DNA of 64,000 nt from NCBI GenBank assembly GCA_963825135.1, contig CAWGRW010000009.1:1-64000 (forward strand). The letters are read 5' to 3'. The DNA is from an uncultured bacterium (lineage in GTDB: Bacteria; Desulfobacterota_D; UBA1144; Nemesobacterales; UBA2774). Under the pieces are notes generated by a model. It saw nothing but the letters and a program-made list of their open reading frames with translations, ran no database searches and had not been told where the DNA came from. Shown here piece after piece: positions 11,533 through 20,771 of this stretch. The position numbers and the translations under genes were made by a program. The first letter of the stretch is position 1, and the number at the start of each line of letters is the position of its first letter.

Positions 11533-12279
11533 CTATACTACCTGCGCTCTCTTGCGTTTCACAGCGAAGAACACGCCGACCATCAAGAGCCCCGCAGCGG
11601 CAGCGATCATCCCCCATTCGGAGAGCGTGGGAACGTTCTCGTCGTTACCGCCGAACCACACGTTGAGCACGCCGTTCCCGTGCTCCTGATTCTCCCCGTC
11701 CTGGTGATCGAGCAGGACGCAGCAGATGGGGACGTCGGACGTTATGCCCAGGAAATTATTGAACTTTTCGTTCAAACTTACTGTAGTCTGCCCGATCAGA
11801 TTTTCGTGGGTATCGAGCACAGTGACGTCGGCGCTGCCATTGCAATCCCCCTGTGTATAGCACCCGACCGTCAGACCTATCCGTGTCGCGCCGGGATTCA
11901 CAGTGACGTCGAATGAGTCCTCGCCTGAACTCTCGATTAGTATAGGACCGGGCGGAGCGCCGGGGCCCGCGGCGGCCGTACCCAAAACACGCAGCCCTCC
12001 GACCGGGTTCACCGGCAGGTTATAGAACGCGAGCTCCGGAAGTATGTCGCCGGGAGAAAAACAGTCGTCGTCGCTCTCGGAATTGACCGGCACGTTGCAC
12101 TGCTCCCCGCCTGCGGGCTGCACTTTGGTAGCGGAGAAGTCCTGGAATCGTAAATTCGGATTCTGCGCCAGGAACTGCGCCTGGTCGTTAGTGAACTCCA
12201 CCTGCGCGAGCGCGGGCGAAAGGGAAATCAGAAGCGTTATTATAAATACGAAACCCGCAAGCTTGTGATGATTCTTCAT
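11533..12279 (-). CDS. IPTL-CTERM sorted surface protein
   Basis: Signal peptide; C-terminal VPTLSEWGMIAAAAGLLMVGVFFAVKRKR. Confidence 0.9.
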   Translation of the reverse strand: MKNHHKLAGFVFIITLLISLSPALAQVEFTNDQAQFLAQNPNLRFQDFSATKVQPAGGEQCNVPVNSESDDDCFSPGDILPELAFYNLPVNPVGGLRVLGTAAAGPGAPPGPILIESSGEDSFDVTVNPGATRIGLTVGCYTQGDCNGSADVTVLDTHENLIGQTTVSLNEKFNNFLGITSDVPICCVLLDHQDGENQEHGNGVLNVWFGGNDENVPTLSEWGMIAAAAGLLMVGVFFAVKRKRAQVV

Positions 12280-12365
12280 ATGCGTTCCTCCATGTTCCCC
12301 CGCTCTTTTTTAATTCCCTCCTTTCGTAAAGGAGGGTTAGGGAGGATTTATGTTTTTCTTTCTTT

Positions 12366-12738
12366 TCAGGAATTAAGCGCCCTTCTCTCTCTCTTGACCG
12401 CGAAGAACACTCCGGCGAGCATCAGCCCCGCCGCCGCAGCGATCATCCCCCATTCGGAGAGGGTGGGGATAGGCTGCGTAGAACCTGATATAAAGCCCGT
12501 GCCCCTGAACTGTGTTACGAGCCCGAGGTCGTCAGCATCGCCCGTCGGACTATTTACATCCGGACCGCTCGCCCGTGATGTTATGTCCGGGAACAATTCG
12601 GTGGCATCGAACACCACCGAATTGCCGATCCACGCAATCGTTGATCCTGAAATCCACCAGCAGATTTCCGTTCGCGGGATCGAACTCCAGAAGCGTGATT
12701 ATAAATACGAAACCCGCAAGCTTGTGATGATTCTTCAT
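12366..12738 (-). pseudogene. Internally deleted or chimeric IPTL-CTERM gene
   Basis: Truncated shared signal peptide MKNHHKLAGFVFIITLL fused directly to EFDPANGNLLVD..., then a frameshift into ...QPIPTLSEWG. Confidence 0.7.
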
Positions 12739-12824
12739 ATGCGTTCCTCCATGTTCCCCCGCTCTTTTTTAATTCCCTCCTTTCGTAAAGGAGGGTTAGG
12801 GAGGATTTATGTTTTTCTTTCTTT

Positions 12825-13581
12825 TCAGGAATTAAGCGCCCTTCTCTTTCTCTTGACCGCGAAGAACACGCCGACCATCAAGAGCCCCGCAGCCGCAGCG
12901 ATCATCCCCCATTCGGAGAGGGTCGGAATTTGAGGAGCCGCTCGTGTCCCGAACCATACGTTCAACACGCCCTGAATCACATCGACGTTTTCATCAAGGA
13001 TCCTTATTTCCGTAATCGGCTCCGCAGTATTGATGCCGAGGAACGAATTGAACGCGCTGGTCACCGGTATCACGATAGTCCCAAGCAGCCCGCTCCCGCC
13101 GAAGACAGACACGCGAACGGTCTTTCCGATGATGCACGTGTCGCTCTCTGAAAGGCATCCCGCATTAATCCCCACTGCGTTAATATTCGGCTCGGTAAAA
13201 ATTATATCGAAATCGTCGCCGACACCTCCGACGTTGGACGCCAATACGTTAGGCGGGTTATCGTTCCCAAAAAAATTGCCGTTAAAAAGAACCAGCGCAT
13301 TGGAGGATAGTCCCGGGTCCACCACGAACTCTATATCCGGGAGTATCTGGCCGGGCGAGAAGCAATCGTCGTTAGAGCTCGAGTTCGCGGGATTTGCGCA
13401 TACTTCAGGCATGGCGAGAACTTTACCGAGGAAGTCCTGAAAGCTGGAGATTCGGAATCGCCGAGCCAGGAACTGTACGCCTGGTCGTTAGTGAACGTGC
13501 ACCTGCGCAAACGCGGGCGAAAGGGGAATCAGAAGCGTTATTATAAATACGAAACCCGCAAGCTTGTCGATGATTCTTCAT
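12825..13581 (-). CDS. IPTL-CTERM sorted surface protein, frameshifts in the 5' part
   Basis: IPTLSEWG tail; shared DDCFSPG.ILP and GVLNVWFG motifs; leader copy at 13529-13581. Confidence 0.85.
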
Positions 13582-13749
13582 ATGCGTTTCTCCGTGTTCC
13601 CCCCGCTCTACAATAAATTCCCTCCCACTTGAGGGGGGAGGGATAGGACGGGGGTGAAACTTTCCGTTTTCAATCAGCATATTAAACCGCAGCCCTTCTC
13701 GTTTTGACTTCTATCACTTCGATGCGGCGAGCAGCCAGCTCGCCCGCAA

Positions 13750-14511
13750 TTAGCCAACTGCATCCGACTGCTTGCTTGCTCGCAGTCGCCTCACCGCGAA
13801 GAACACGCCGGCGAGCATCAGCCCCGCCGCGGCCGCGATCATCCCCCACTCCGAGAGCGTGGGGATACTCCGGGTCGCGAGATCGAACCATACCTGCGTT
13901 ACGCCAGGCACGTTCTCCGACGGGGCGGGCACAATAATGCTGACCCTGGCGATAGGCGCAGAGGACTCGATGCCCAGGAACGAGTTGAACAGGCTTCTGC
14001 CCTGTACGACGGTCTGGCCGAGAAACTCGCCGTCCAGCCCGAAGACCTCGACTGTCATAGCCGTATCGCAGCTCCCATTTTCCGACTGCAGACACCCGAG
14101 CAGCACCCCGACGGCGTCTGCGCCCAAGACGGGGAATTTAACGTCCAGGGTCGTGTTGACAATACTCGCCGCGAGCACGTTGGGGGGGCTGCCGCTGCCG
14201 CGGTAATCGGGACCGAACAGCACGAATAAGTCGATCCCATCCTGCAGATTTATTGTGAGGTCAAGTCCCGGGAGTATGAATCCGGGAGTAAAGCACTCGT
14301 CGTTGCTTCTGGAATTGACAGGCGAGTTGCAGTTAGTGAACTCGTCCGCGGGTATTGCGTGACTCCGGAAACCCTGGGAAGCCGCCCCGGGGTTATCCGC
14401 CAGGAACTGCGCCTGGTCGCTGGTGAACGTCACCTGCGCGAGCGCGGGCGAAAGAGAAATCAGAAGCGTTATTATAAATACGAAACCCGCAAGCTTGTGA
14501 TGATTCTTCAT
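13750..14511 (-). CDS. IPTL-CTERM sorted surface protein
   Basis: Same signal peptide as 11533-12279; IPTLSEWG tail. Confidence 0.9.
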   Translation of the reverse strand: MKNHHKLAGFVFIITLLISLSPALAQVTFTSDQAQFLADNPGAASQGFRSHAIPADEFTNCNSPVNSRSNDECFTPGFILPGLDLTINLQDGIDLFVLFGPDYRGSGSPPNVLAASIVNTTLDVKFPVLGADAVGVLLGCLQSENGSCDTAMTVEVFGLDGEFLGQTVVQGRSLFNSFLGIESSAPIARVSIIVPAPSENVPGVTQVWFDLATRSIPTLSEWGMIAAAAGLMLAGVFFAVRRLRASKQSDAVG

Positions 14512-14598
14512 ATGCGTTTCTCCGTGTTCCCCCCGCTCTTTTTTGATTCCCTCCTTTCGTAAAGGAGGGTTAGGGAGGATTTATGTTTTTCTTTCTTT

Positions 14599-15366
14599 TC
14601 AGGAATTAAGCGCCCTTCTCTTTCTTTTGACCGCGAAGAACACACCGACCAATCCTAATCCCGCCGCCGCAGCGATCATCCCCCATTCCGAGAGCGTGGG
14701 GATCTGATTCGGGACCCGCGTCCCGAACCAAACGTTCAGCACTCCTTTCTCCGAGAAGTCGCCGTTGGCGTTCCTGATGCTTATATTGCCTATCTGCGCC
14801 TGGGTCGATATCCCGAGGAATGTGTTGAACCCGCTCGTAACGTGGACAGTGGTCTCCGCAAGGAACTGTGGGGTAGTATCGAATACCACGACCTGCACAT
14901 CCGCATCGCACGACCCCTTGGAAATACAGCCCAGCGTCAGGCCCGCCCTGTTCACCCCCGGGTCGAATACGATTTCGAAATCATTATCAGTAAAGGTGGC
15001 CGTGAGTACCGGCCCCGGCGGCTCGCCAGCGCTGGTAGAACCCTCCCCCACCAAAAACAGTCCCGTGACCGGATCAAGTATAGGGCCGTTCAGGAACTCT
15101 ATCCCCGGCAGTATGGTCCCGGGCGAAAAGCAATCGTTATCACTCGCCGAATCTGCCGGCGCCGGGCAGACAATAGAGCTGACGGGGACGACCTTCGAGC
15201 CCACAAAATCCTGAAAAGCCAGGTCCGGATTCTGCGCCAGGAACTGCGCTTCGTCCGTCGTAAAATTCACCTGCGCGAGCGCGGGTAACGCTGGAAATAA
15301 AATCACTGTGAGAGCAATAAGATACAAGCCTCCCCTTAAAGCTCGCCGAATGGTTTTGGAATCCAT
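14599..15366 (-). CDS. IPTL-CTERM sorted surface protein, first of the array
   Basis: Distinct signal peptide, same AQFLAQNP and GVLNVWFG motifs, IPTLSEWG tail. Confidence 0.9.
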   Translation of the reverse strand: MDSKTIRRALRGGLYLIALTVILFPALPALAQVNFTTDEAQFLAQNPDLAFQDFVGSKVVPVSSIVCPAPADSASDNDCFSPGTILPGIEFLNGPILDPVTGLFLVGEGSTSAGEPPGPVLTATFTDNDFEIVFDPGVNRAGLTLGCISKGSCDADVQVVVFDTTPQFLAETTVHVTSGFNTFLGISTQAQIGNISIRNANGDFSEKGVLNVWFGTRVPNQIPTLSEWGMIAAAAGLGLVGVFFAVKRKRRALNS

Positions 15367-15529
15367 GCATCCTCCTCGAGAAGCGTAATCTACCCATTTT
15401 ACCGTATATATTTACATTATTCCAGTTGTTTATATTCAGATAACGGTACGGCAGGGGCCGCCCTCCCCCGCATCGTTTATCTCCCCACTCTCAGGTAAAA
15501 TGTAGGAAACCCGCCCGCAGGAGTGAGAG

Positions 15530-16234
15530 ATGAGTGGAGATATATTCGAAGAGACGGAATCAGGAAGGAGAAGAATCGCGGTCGTATTCGCCGCCGGCGT
15601 CGCAGCGGGAATAGTAATCACGCTGATAATACTATCGCTCTCGGGCTCCCCCGACCGGTACGAGCTCGTGTCCTCGCAGGACGGCGCGGTCGTACACAAG
15701 ATAGACAGGGAGACCGGCAGGGTGTGGTGGAAGAATTCCTACGTCCAGATGGACCCGCAGGGACAGCCGGTGACCATATGGTACTGGGAGGAGCTAACCC
15801 TCGACAGGCCCGGCGCAACGAAGCTCGCGAAGGAAGTTAAGACGAGCACCGACGACGCGATGAAAGCCGAGGAGGAGGCCAGGCTCTCTGAAGAGAAGGA
15901 GAAGGACTCGATCAGGCAGAAGAGGCTCGACGAGATATACAGCATCTGCGGCGACGACGTCGATTGCGTAAAGAAGAAATGCTCGGTCGGGTACAAGGGT
16001 TCGAAAGACCCGGACTGGACGTCTTTCTGCACGGACAGTCTCAAGGCCCACATATCGGACGTGATAATAGGGCAGTGCGGAGGGGACGCGGGGTGCATCA
16101 AGAGCTACTGCGTGAATAAATACAACAATACGTACCCGGCCGTGAGCGACTGCGTGAGCGCCATCAATCTCCGGAAGGTCACGAACGAAAACCTGAAGTC
16201 CCCCGAAGGAGCGGAGGATAAGGAAGAGCAGTAG
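15530..16234 (+). CDS. Membrane-anchored hypothetical protein with Cys-rich C-terminus
   Basis: One N-terminal TM helix, charged linker, 8 Cys in CGDDVDCVKKKC and CGGDAGCIKSYC repeats. Confidence 0.75.
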   Translation: MSGDIFEETESGRRRIAVVFAAGVAAGIVITLIILSLSGSPDRYELVSSQDGAVVHKIDRETGRVWWKNSYVQMDPQGQPVTIWYWEELTLDRPGATKLAKEVKTSTDDAMKAEEEARLSEEKEKDSIRQKRLDEIYSICGDDVDCVKKKCSVGYKGSKDPDWTSFCTDSLKAHISDVIIGQCGGDAGCIKSYCVNKYNNTYPAVSDCVSAINLRKVTNENLKSPEGAEDKEEQ

Positions 16235-16330
16235 GCGCTTGACCCTTTCCCGGGCATTGGTGTATCATTGTTGAAGAAAGTACTGGGAAGAGCCGGATAA
16301 CCCTGTCCCGACCGGGATGAAAGAAGGAGG

Positions 16331-17431
16331 ATGATGATGGCAAGACTTCTGCCAGTTCCCTTATTATTGTTCGTTATATTTACGGTTTACTCCGCCCACG
16401 CCCAGCCGGTTGCATACATCGGCAGCAATAACAATAACTTTGTCTCCGTAGTCGACGTGCCGACGAACAGCGTGGCTTATCTCTTCCATCTCAACAGCGG
16501 CGCGAGTGCGGACACCTCCGACGTCTCTACCGACAACAGGTTTATATATTACGGCGGGAACGTAGTAACGGCCGTCGATACTTCAAACGCCGCTATCGCG
16601 GGCAAGGTCGAAGTCGGGAACGCGGGCTCGAACGGTATCGCGGTCTCGCCCGACGGGACCACGCTCTACGTGACGAGCTCCATTACGGATACGCTCACGG
16701 TGATAAGGACTTCGGACTTCACCGTAACCGGCGCGATACCCATGGGCCTCGGGCCCGACAACCTGGACTTCACCCCAGACGGGACGAAGGCTTACGTCGC
16801 CGACCAGGTCGAGGACGCGGTATATGTGATAGACACGGCTTCCGTCACGGTGACGGACGTGATCCCGGTCCCCGGGGGCTCTCTCGTCAGAAACGTCTCC
16901 GTCGCGCCTAACGGCAAATTCGCATACGCCTCCTCAACGGGGAGCAACATAGTAACGGTCATAGACACCCAGACGGATACGGTCATAGACACCGTCACGG
17001 CCGGGGACAGCCCGAGGAACATCGCGTTTACGCCCGACAGCGCTTTCGCGTACGTCCCCAACGGGACGAGCAACGACGTGTCCGTCATAAGGACTTCCGA
17101 CCATACGACCGTCTTTACGATTCCGACCGGCCAGGACGACCCGAACGGCGTGGACATCACGCCTGACGGCGGGTTCGTCTATGTAACCGCCGTATTCAGC
17201 GACGACGTGGCTGTTATAAGGACGTCCGACAACGCCGTGATAGACACGATATCGGGCGGGCAGCTCGACGGCCTGGTCGATAACGGGAGATTCATAGTGA
17301 ACGCTCCGGCCCCGGTCAGGGCCATACCGGCTCTCGGAGAATGGGGAATGATCGCGATGGCAGCAGTAATAGGCATAGCGGCCTTACTCGTGCTCAGAAA
17401 GCGCCTCGCTTCCGCGTCTTCGGGCAGATAA
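16331..17431 (+). CDS. YVTN/YncE beta-propeller protein with IPTL-CTERM-like tail
   Basis: Repeated (F/I)TPDG..(A/V)YV...V.VI(D/R)T blades; IPALGEWGMIAMAA tail. Confidence 0.9.
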   Translation: MMMARLLPVPLLLFVIFTVYSAHAQPVAYIGSNNNNFVSVVDVPTNSVAYLFHLNSGASADTSDVSTDNRFIYYGGNVVTAVDTSNAAIAGKVEVGNAGSNGIAVSPDGTTLYVTSSITDTLTVIRTSDFTVTGAIPMGLGPDNLDFTPDGTKAYVADQVEDAVYVIDTASVTVTDVIPVPGGSLVRNVSVAPNGKFAYASSTGSNIVTVIDTQTDTVIDTVTAGDSPRNIAFTPDSAFAYVPNGTSNDVSVIRTSDHTTVFTIPTGQDDPNGVDITPDGGFVYVTAVFSDDVAVIRTSDNAVIDTISGGQLDGLVDNGRFIVNAPAPVRAIPALGEWGMIAMAAVIGIAALLVLRKRLASASSGR

Positions 17432-17688
17432 AGAAGAAGAGTTGTGCCTTTTCTTTGTCATTCCCGAAGGTTTTAATCGGGAATCTTGTCCTTTCGCCTT
17501 TCTCTTTCTTTCCACATTACAGAATTCGCGGCACACACGTAGGGATTATACGATCCTTCCGAAACTCTTACGCTCTAGCCAGCAACGTAGCCCACCCGTT
17601 CATCCTGAGCGCAACCAATTCTGTCGAAGGGTCTTCCAATTCCCTCCCCCTTGAGGGGGAGGGGTCGGATGGGGGTGTCATTTCGAGC

Positions 17689-17777
17689 AACAGTTGCAAG
17701 CGTGCGCGCAACTGGTCGCCGTTGGTTGATTGCAAGTAACTCAAATTGACACCGTACACGATCTGCACAATCCAAAA
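17689..17777 (+). mobile_element. ~89-nt AAC-stem-loop insert
   Basis: Interrupts gtcatttcgagc|gagaaatct. Confidence 0.7.
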
Positions 17778-17887
17778 CGAGAAATCTATCTTTTGCCTTT
17801 GGTATTAATTCCCTCCTTAGAAAAAGGAGGGCTAGGGAGGATTTAGTTTTACCCCGTTCACCCTGAGCCCGTCGAAGGGCGTTATTT

Positions 17888-18010
17888 CCGACATTACAGA
17901 ATTTGCGTATAGAAAATCGATTGTACGAGCATTAAGAATCTTACGCGGGGTGGGGTAGAATCGGAAGATTTAGCGAGCACATGAGATTTTTGGCACAATT
18001 ATGTAGAGTC
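17888..18010 (+). repeat. LH repeat copy 5
   Basis: Same core, degenerate right end. Confidence 0.85.
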
Positions 18011-18270
18011 TTTTCGGAAACCACACTACGTGTGTGATTTTTGCTTCTTTTCATCGAGGAAAAGAAGGATAAAAAAACATCCTTTCACCTTATCTGTGTC
18101 TTTGCTTTTTCCTTTGTCTTTTCGAAAGAGCACACTACGTGTGTTCATCAAGGAAAAGAAGAAATAATAAATACCTTTTTCCTTCGGCACACATAGTATG
18201 TTTTTACGATTGCCGCAGGCTACAGCCCGAGACTTCGCTGGGACGAACGGATTTATCACCCCCACCCATA

Positions 18271-18363
18271 TTATTTTGTATTAACCAGCATCGAGCCGGA
18301 AGTTAAGGTGCTTCAGTGAATTTGTCGGGAGCGCGACCAGTTGCGCGCTCGCTTGCAACTGTT
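18271..18363 (-). mobile_element. ~93-nt AAC-stem-loop insert
   Basis: Interrupts cccccttgaggggg|tatgggtgggggt on the - strand. Confidence 0.7.
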
Positions 18364-18519
18364 CCCCCTCAAGGGGGAGGGATTTAAATATGTAAGGTGA
18401 GATCGCCGCAACTATAAGGACGAAGCAGGCCCCTATCCCCGCGAAAGAGCCTTATAATTAGGCGGACAGGGACGCCCTTCGGAGTCGTCCGTACATTGCG
18501 AAATAAAGGAGAACAATAA

Positions 18520-19623
18520 ATGAGAACGATGTCGTTATTCATACTCGCTCTAGCGGCGGTATTCACAACCCTCCCGCAGCCGTCCCGCGCCTGCACCGAG
18601 GCGAGGATTAAGGCGGAAGACGGCGCGGTCGTAATCGGGCGGAGCATGGAATTCGCGCAGCCCCTCGATTCGAACATAGTCGTCCAGCCCCGCGGGCAGG
18701 TGAACGTCTCCACGCTCCCCGACGGCAGGGACGGAATAAAATGGACGTCGAAGTACGGGGTCATGTATCTGGACGGCTTCGGCATCGACGTGGCCGTTGA
18801 CGGCATGAACGAGGCGGGCCTGTCGCTGGGCTCCCTGTTCTTCCCGGGCGCGGCCCGGTACCAGGACATGAAGGGGGCGAAGAGGTCCCGGACGATGGTC
18901 GTCAACGACCTGCCCCTCTACATACTCCAGAACTTCGCGACGGTGGACGAGGTGAAGGAGGCCCTGCCGAAGCTGACAGTGGTGGGCATAAACACCCCGG
19001 CCCTTCAGAACATCGTAGTCCCCGCGCACTTCTCCGTTTACGAGCCCGACGGCACGGGCATTATCGTCGAGTACACGAAGGACGGCCTCAATATCTACGA
19101 CAGCGTAGGCATAATGACGAACTCCCCGGCGTACCCCTGGCACGTCACGAACCTCAATAACTACGTGGGCCTTAACAGCGTGAACGCCGAGCCCATAGTC
19201 GTCGACGGCGTGAGCTTCGCCGCGACCGGGCAGGGCAGCGGACTGAACGGCATACCGGGCGACCCGACGCCGCCCGCGCGTTTCGTAAGGGCGGCGGCCA
19301 TGGCGTACCTGGCCGCAAAGACCCCGAACGCGGACGGGGCCGTGAACCTTGCCGTGCACATCCTGAACACGGTGGACATACCGCTCGGGACCGTGCGGGA
19401 CTTCTCAGACAAGGAATCCTTCGGCGACTACACGCAGTGGATAGTGGTGAAGGACCTCGCGAACAGGGTGCTCTATTTCCGTACTTACGGGAACACGGCG
19501 CTGAGGTCGGTCGATATGAAGAAGTTCGACATGTCCCCTGGCGCGGAGAGGTTCACGATGCCCGTGGACGGCGGCGCGGGCGCGGTGACGGACGTGACGT
19601 CGGAGCTCAATGCTGCGAATTAG
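18520..19623 (+). CDS. Choloylglycine hydrolase / penicillin V acylase family Ntn hydrolase, exported
   Basis: Signal peptide followed by N-terminal Cys (CTEARI), GRSMEF, DGMNEAGL, MTNSP, PGD.TPPARFVRA. Confidence 0.9.
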   Translation: MRTMSLFILALAAVFTTLPQPSRACTEARIKAEDGAVVIGRSMEFAQPLDSNIVVQPRGQVNVSTLPDGRDGIKWTSKYGVMYLDGFGIDVAVDGMNEAGLSLGSLFFPGAARYQDMKGAKRSRTMVVNDLPLYILQNFATVDEVKEALPKLTVVGINTPALQNIVVPAHFSVYEPDGTGIIVEYTKDGLNIYDSVGIMTNSPAYPWHVTNLNNYVGLNSVNAEPIVVDGVSFAATGQGSGLNGIPGDPTPPARFVRAAAMAYLAAKTPNADGAVNLAVHILNTVDIPLGTVRDFSDKESFGDYTQWIVVKDLANRVLYFRTYGNTALRSVDMKKFDMSPGAERFTMPVDGGAGAVTDVTSELNAAN

Positions 19624-19783
19624 ATTATTTTCTCCAATCACTTAATCCCCTCCCCTTTCCGGGGGGAGGGTTAAGGGTGGGGGTGCACACAATGTGTGCT
19701 CATATACGATTCTCCCGTAACTCCTCCGCTATCGCCTGGGAATTAGCCAAACCCGTTCGTGCTGAGCTAGTCGAAGCACGTTA

Positions 19784-19905
19784 CCGACATTACAGAATTT
19801 GCGTCAAGAAAATCGATTGTACGAGCGTTAAGAATCTTACGCGGGATGGGGTGGAATTGGAAGATTTAGCGAGTACATGAGATTTTTAGCAAATTATGTA
19901 GTCGG
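19784..19905 (+). repeat. LH repeat copy 6
   Basis: Same arms and core. Confidence 0.9.
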
Positions 19906-20015
19906 ATGATTTTTGCTTCTTTTCATCAAGGAAAAGAAGGATAAATAAATGGCCTTTCACCTTTCTTTTGTCTTTTCGAAAGACCACACTATGTGCGTTC
20001 ATGCACGCTCCTCCC

Positions 20016-20597
20016 CTACTCCCCCGGAGCGCACTCCCCGTCGTGGTCCTTCCGCTCTCCGGCCGACATCCTCCCGCACTCGTTCCCGTAGGTCTTCCCG
20101 TCGCACCCGCACACCGGGACGTAGTCCTGCGTGCACATCTCGGGCTTCGCCATGCACTCGCCTATCTCGTTTAGCCCGCCGCAGTGCCCGAACTGTGTCT
20201 CGCAGAAATAACCCTCGGGGCATTTGAGATTATCGAGCCCGCCGCAGGCCTGCCCCGTTTCCCCGCTCGAGCTTTTGAGGTCCCCGCACTCCCCGTCGTG
20301 GTCTTTCCTCGCGCCCGCCGACATCCTCTCGCAGTCGTTCCCGTAGGTCTTGCGGTCACACCCGCAGACGGGCTTGTAATCCTTCGCGCACATCATGGGC
20401 TTCTCCTTGCAGAGCCCCTCGACCGCGGGCACGGAGCACTTCCCCGCCGGGGTCTCGCAGAACTGCCCTCCGGGGCAGGCGACGTCTTTCCAGCCGCCGC
20501 ACACGAGCGGGGCATCCTCCCCCGCATGGCTCACGCACCCCGCCGATATAACGACCGCCGTAACGCAGAATACGATGAGGGATACGATTTTAAGCAT
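20016..20597 (-). CDS. Kazal-type protease inhibitor domain protein (two domains), probable lipoprotein
   Basis: Two C...Y.PVCGCD.KTYGN.C repeats; SAGC after a hydrophobic leader. Confidence 0.9.
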   Translation of the reverse strand: MLKIVSLIVFCVTAVVISAGCVSHAGEDAPLVCGGWKDVACPGGQFCETPAGKCSVPAVEGLCKEKPMMCAKDYKPVCGCDRKTYGNDCERMSAGARKDHDGECGDLKSSSGETGQACGGLDNLKCPEGYFCETQFGHCGGLNEIGECMAKPEMCTQDYVPVCGCDGKTYGNECGRMSAGERKDHDGECAPGE

Positions 20598-20771
20598 GGC
20601 TCTTTTCCTCCGTGTCGTTGAGGGGGGATTCAAGCGTAAGTCCCGACGGATTTCGCCCCATACCAAGAGTGTAAAGTGAGGAGAAGCGGACTGCAATGGA
20701 TATATTGAAGCGGCTCTAAAAAGGTATGCGGGTACGAGCGAGGGTCGGCGAGTACGCGCCCGCCCGGCGTG

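Noticed and set aside
1474..13581. Programmed frameshifting or mass pseudogenisation
   Set aside because: The scattered 1-2 nt indels lack accompanying nonsense decay or slippery signals and cluster in the first 14 kb, so uncorrected long-read errors are more likely. Read mapping is needed to confirm.
11533..15366. Diversity-generating retroelement acting on IPTL-CTERM genes
   Set aside because: No reverse transcriptase and no template/variable pair differing only at adenines.
17705..17720. Guide-like complementarity (ccgttggttga vs target tcgaccaacgg) suggesting bridge-RNA targeting
   Set aside because: Other copies carry the same gcc-NNN-gg(t/c)t(g/a)att motif regardless of their target, so the match is probably chance.
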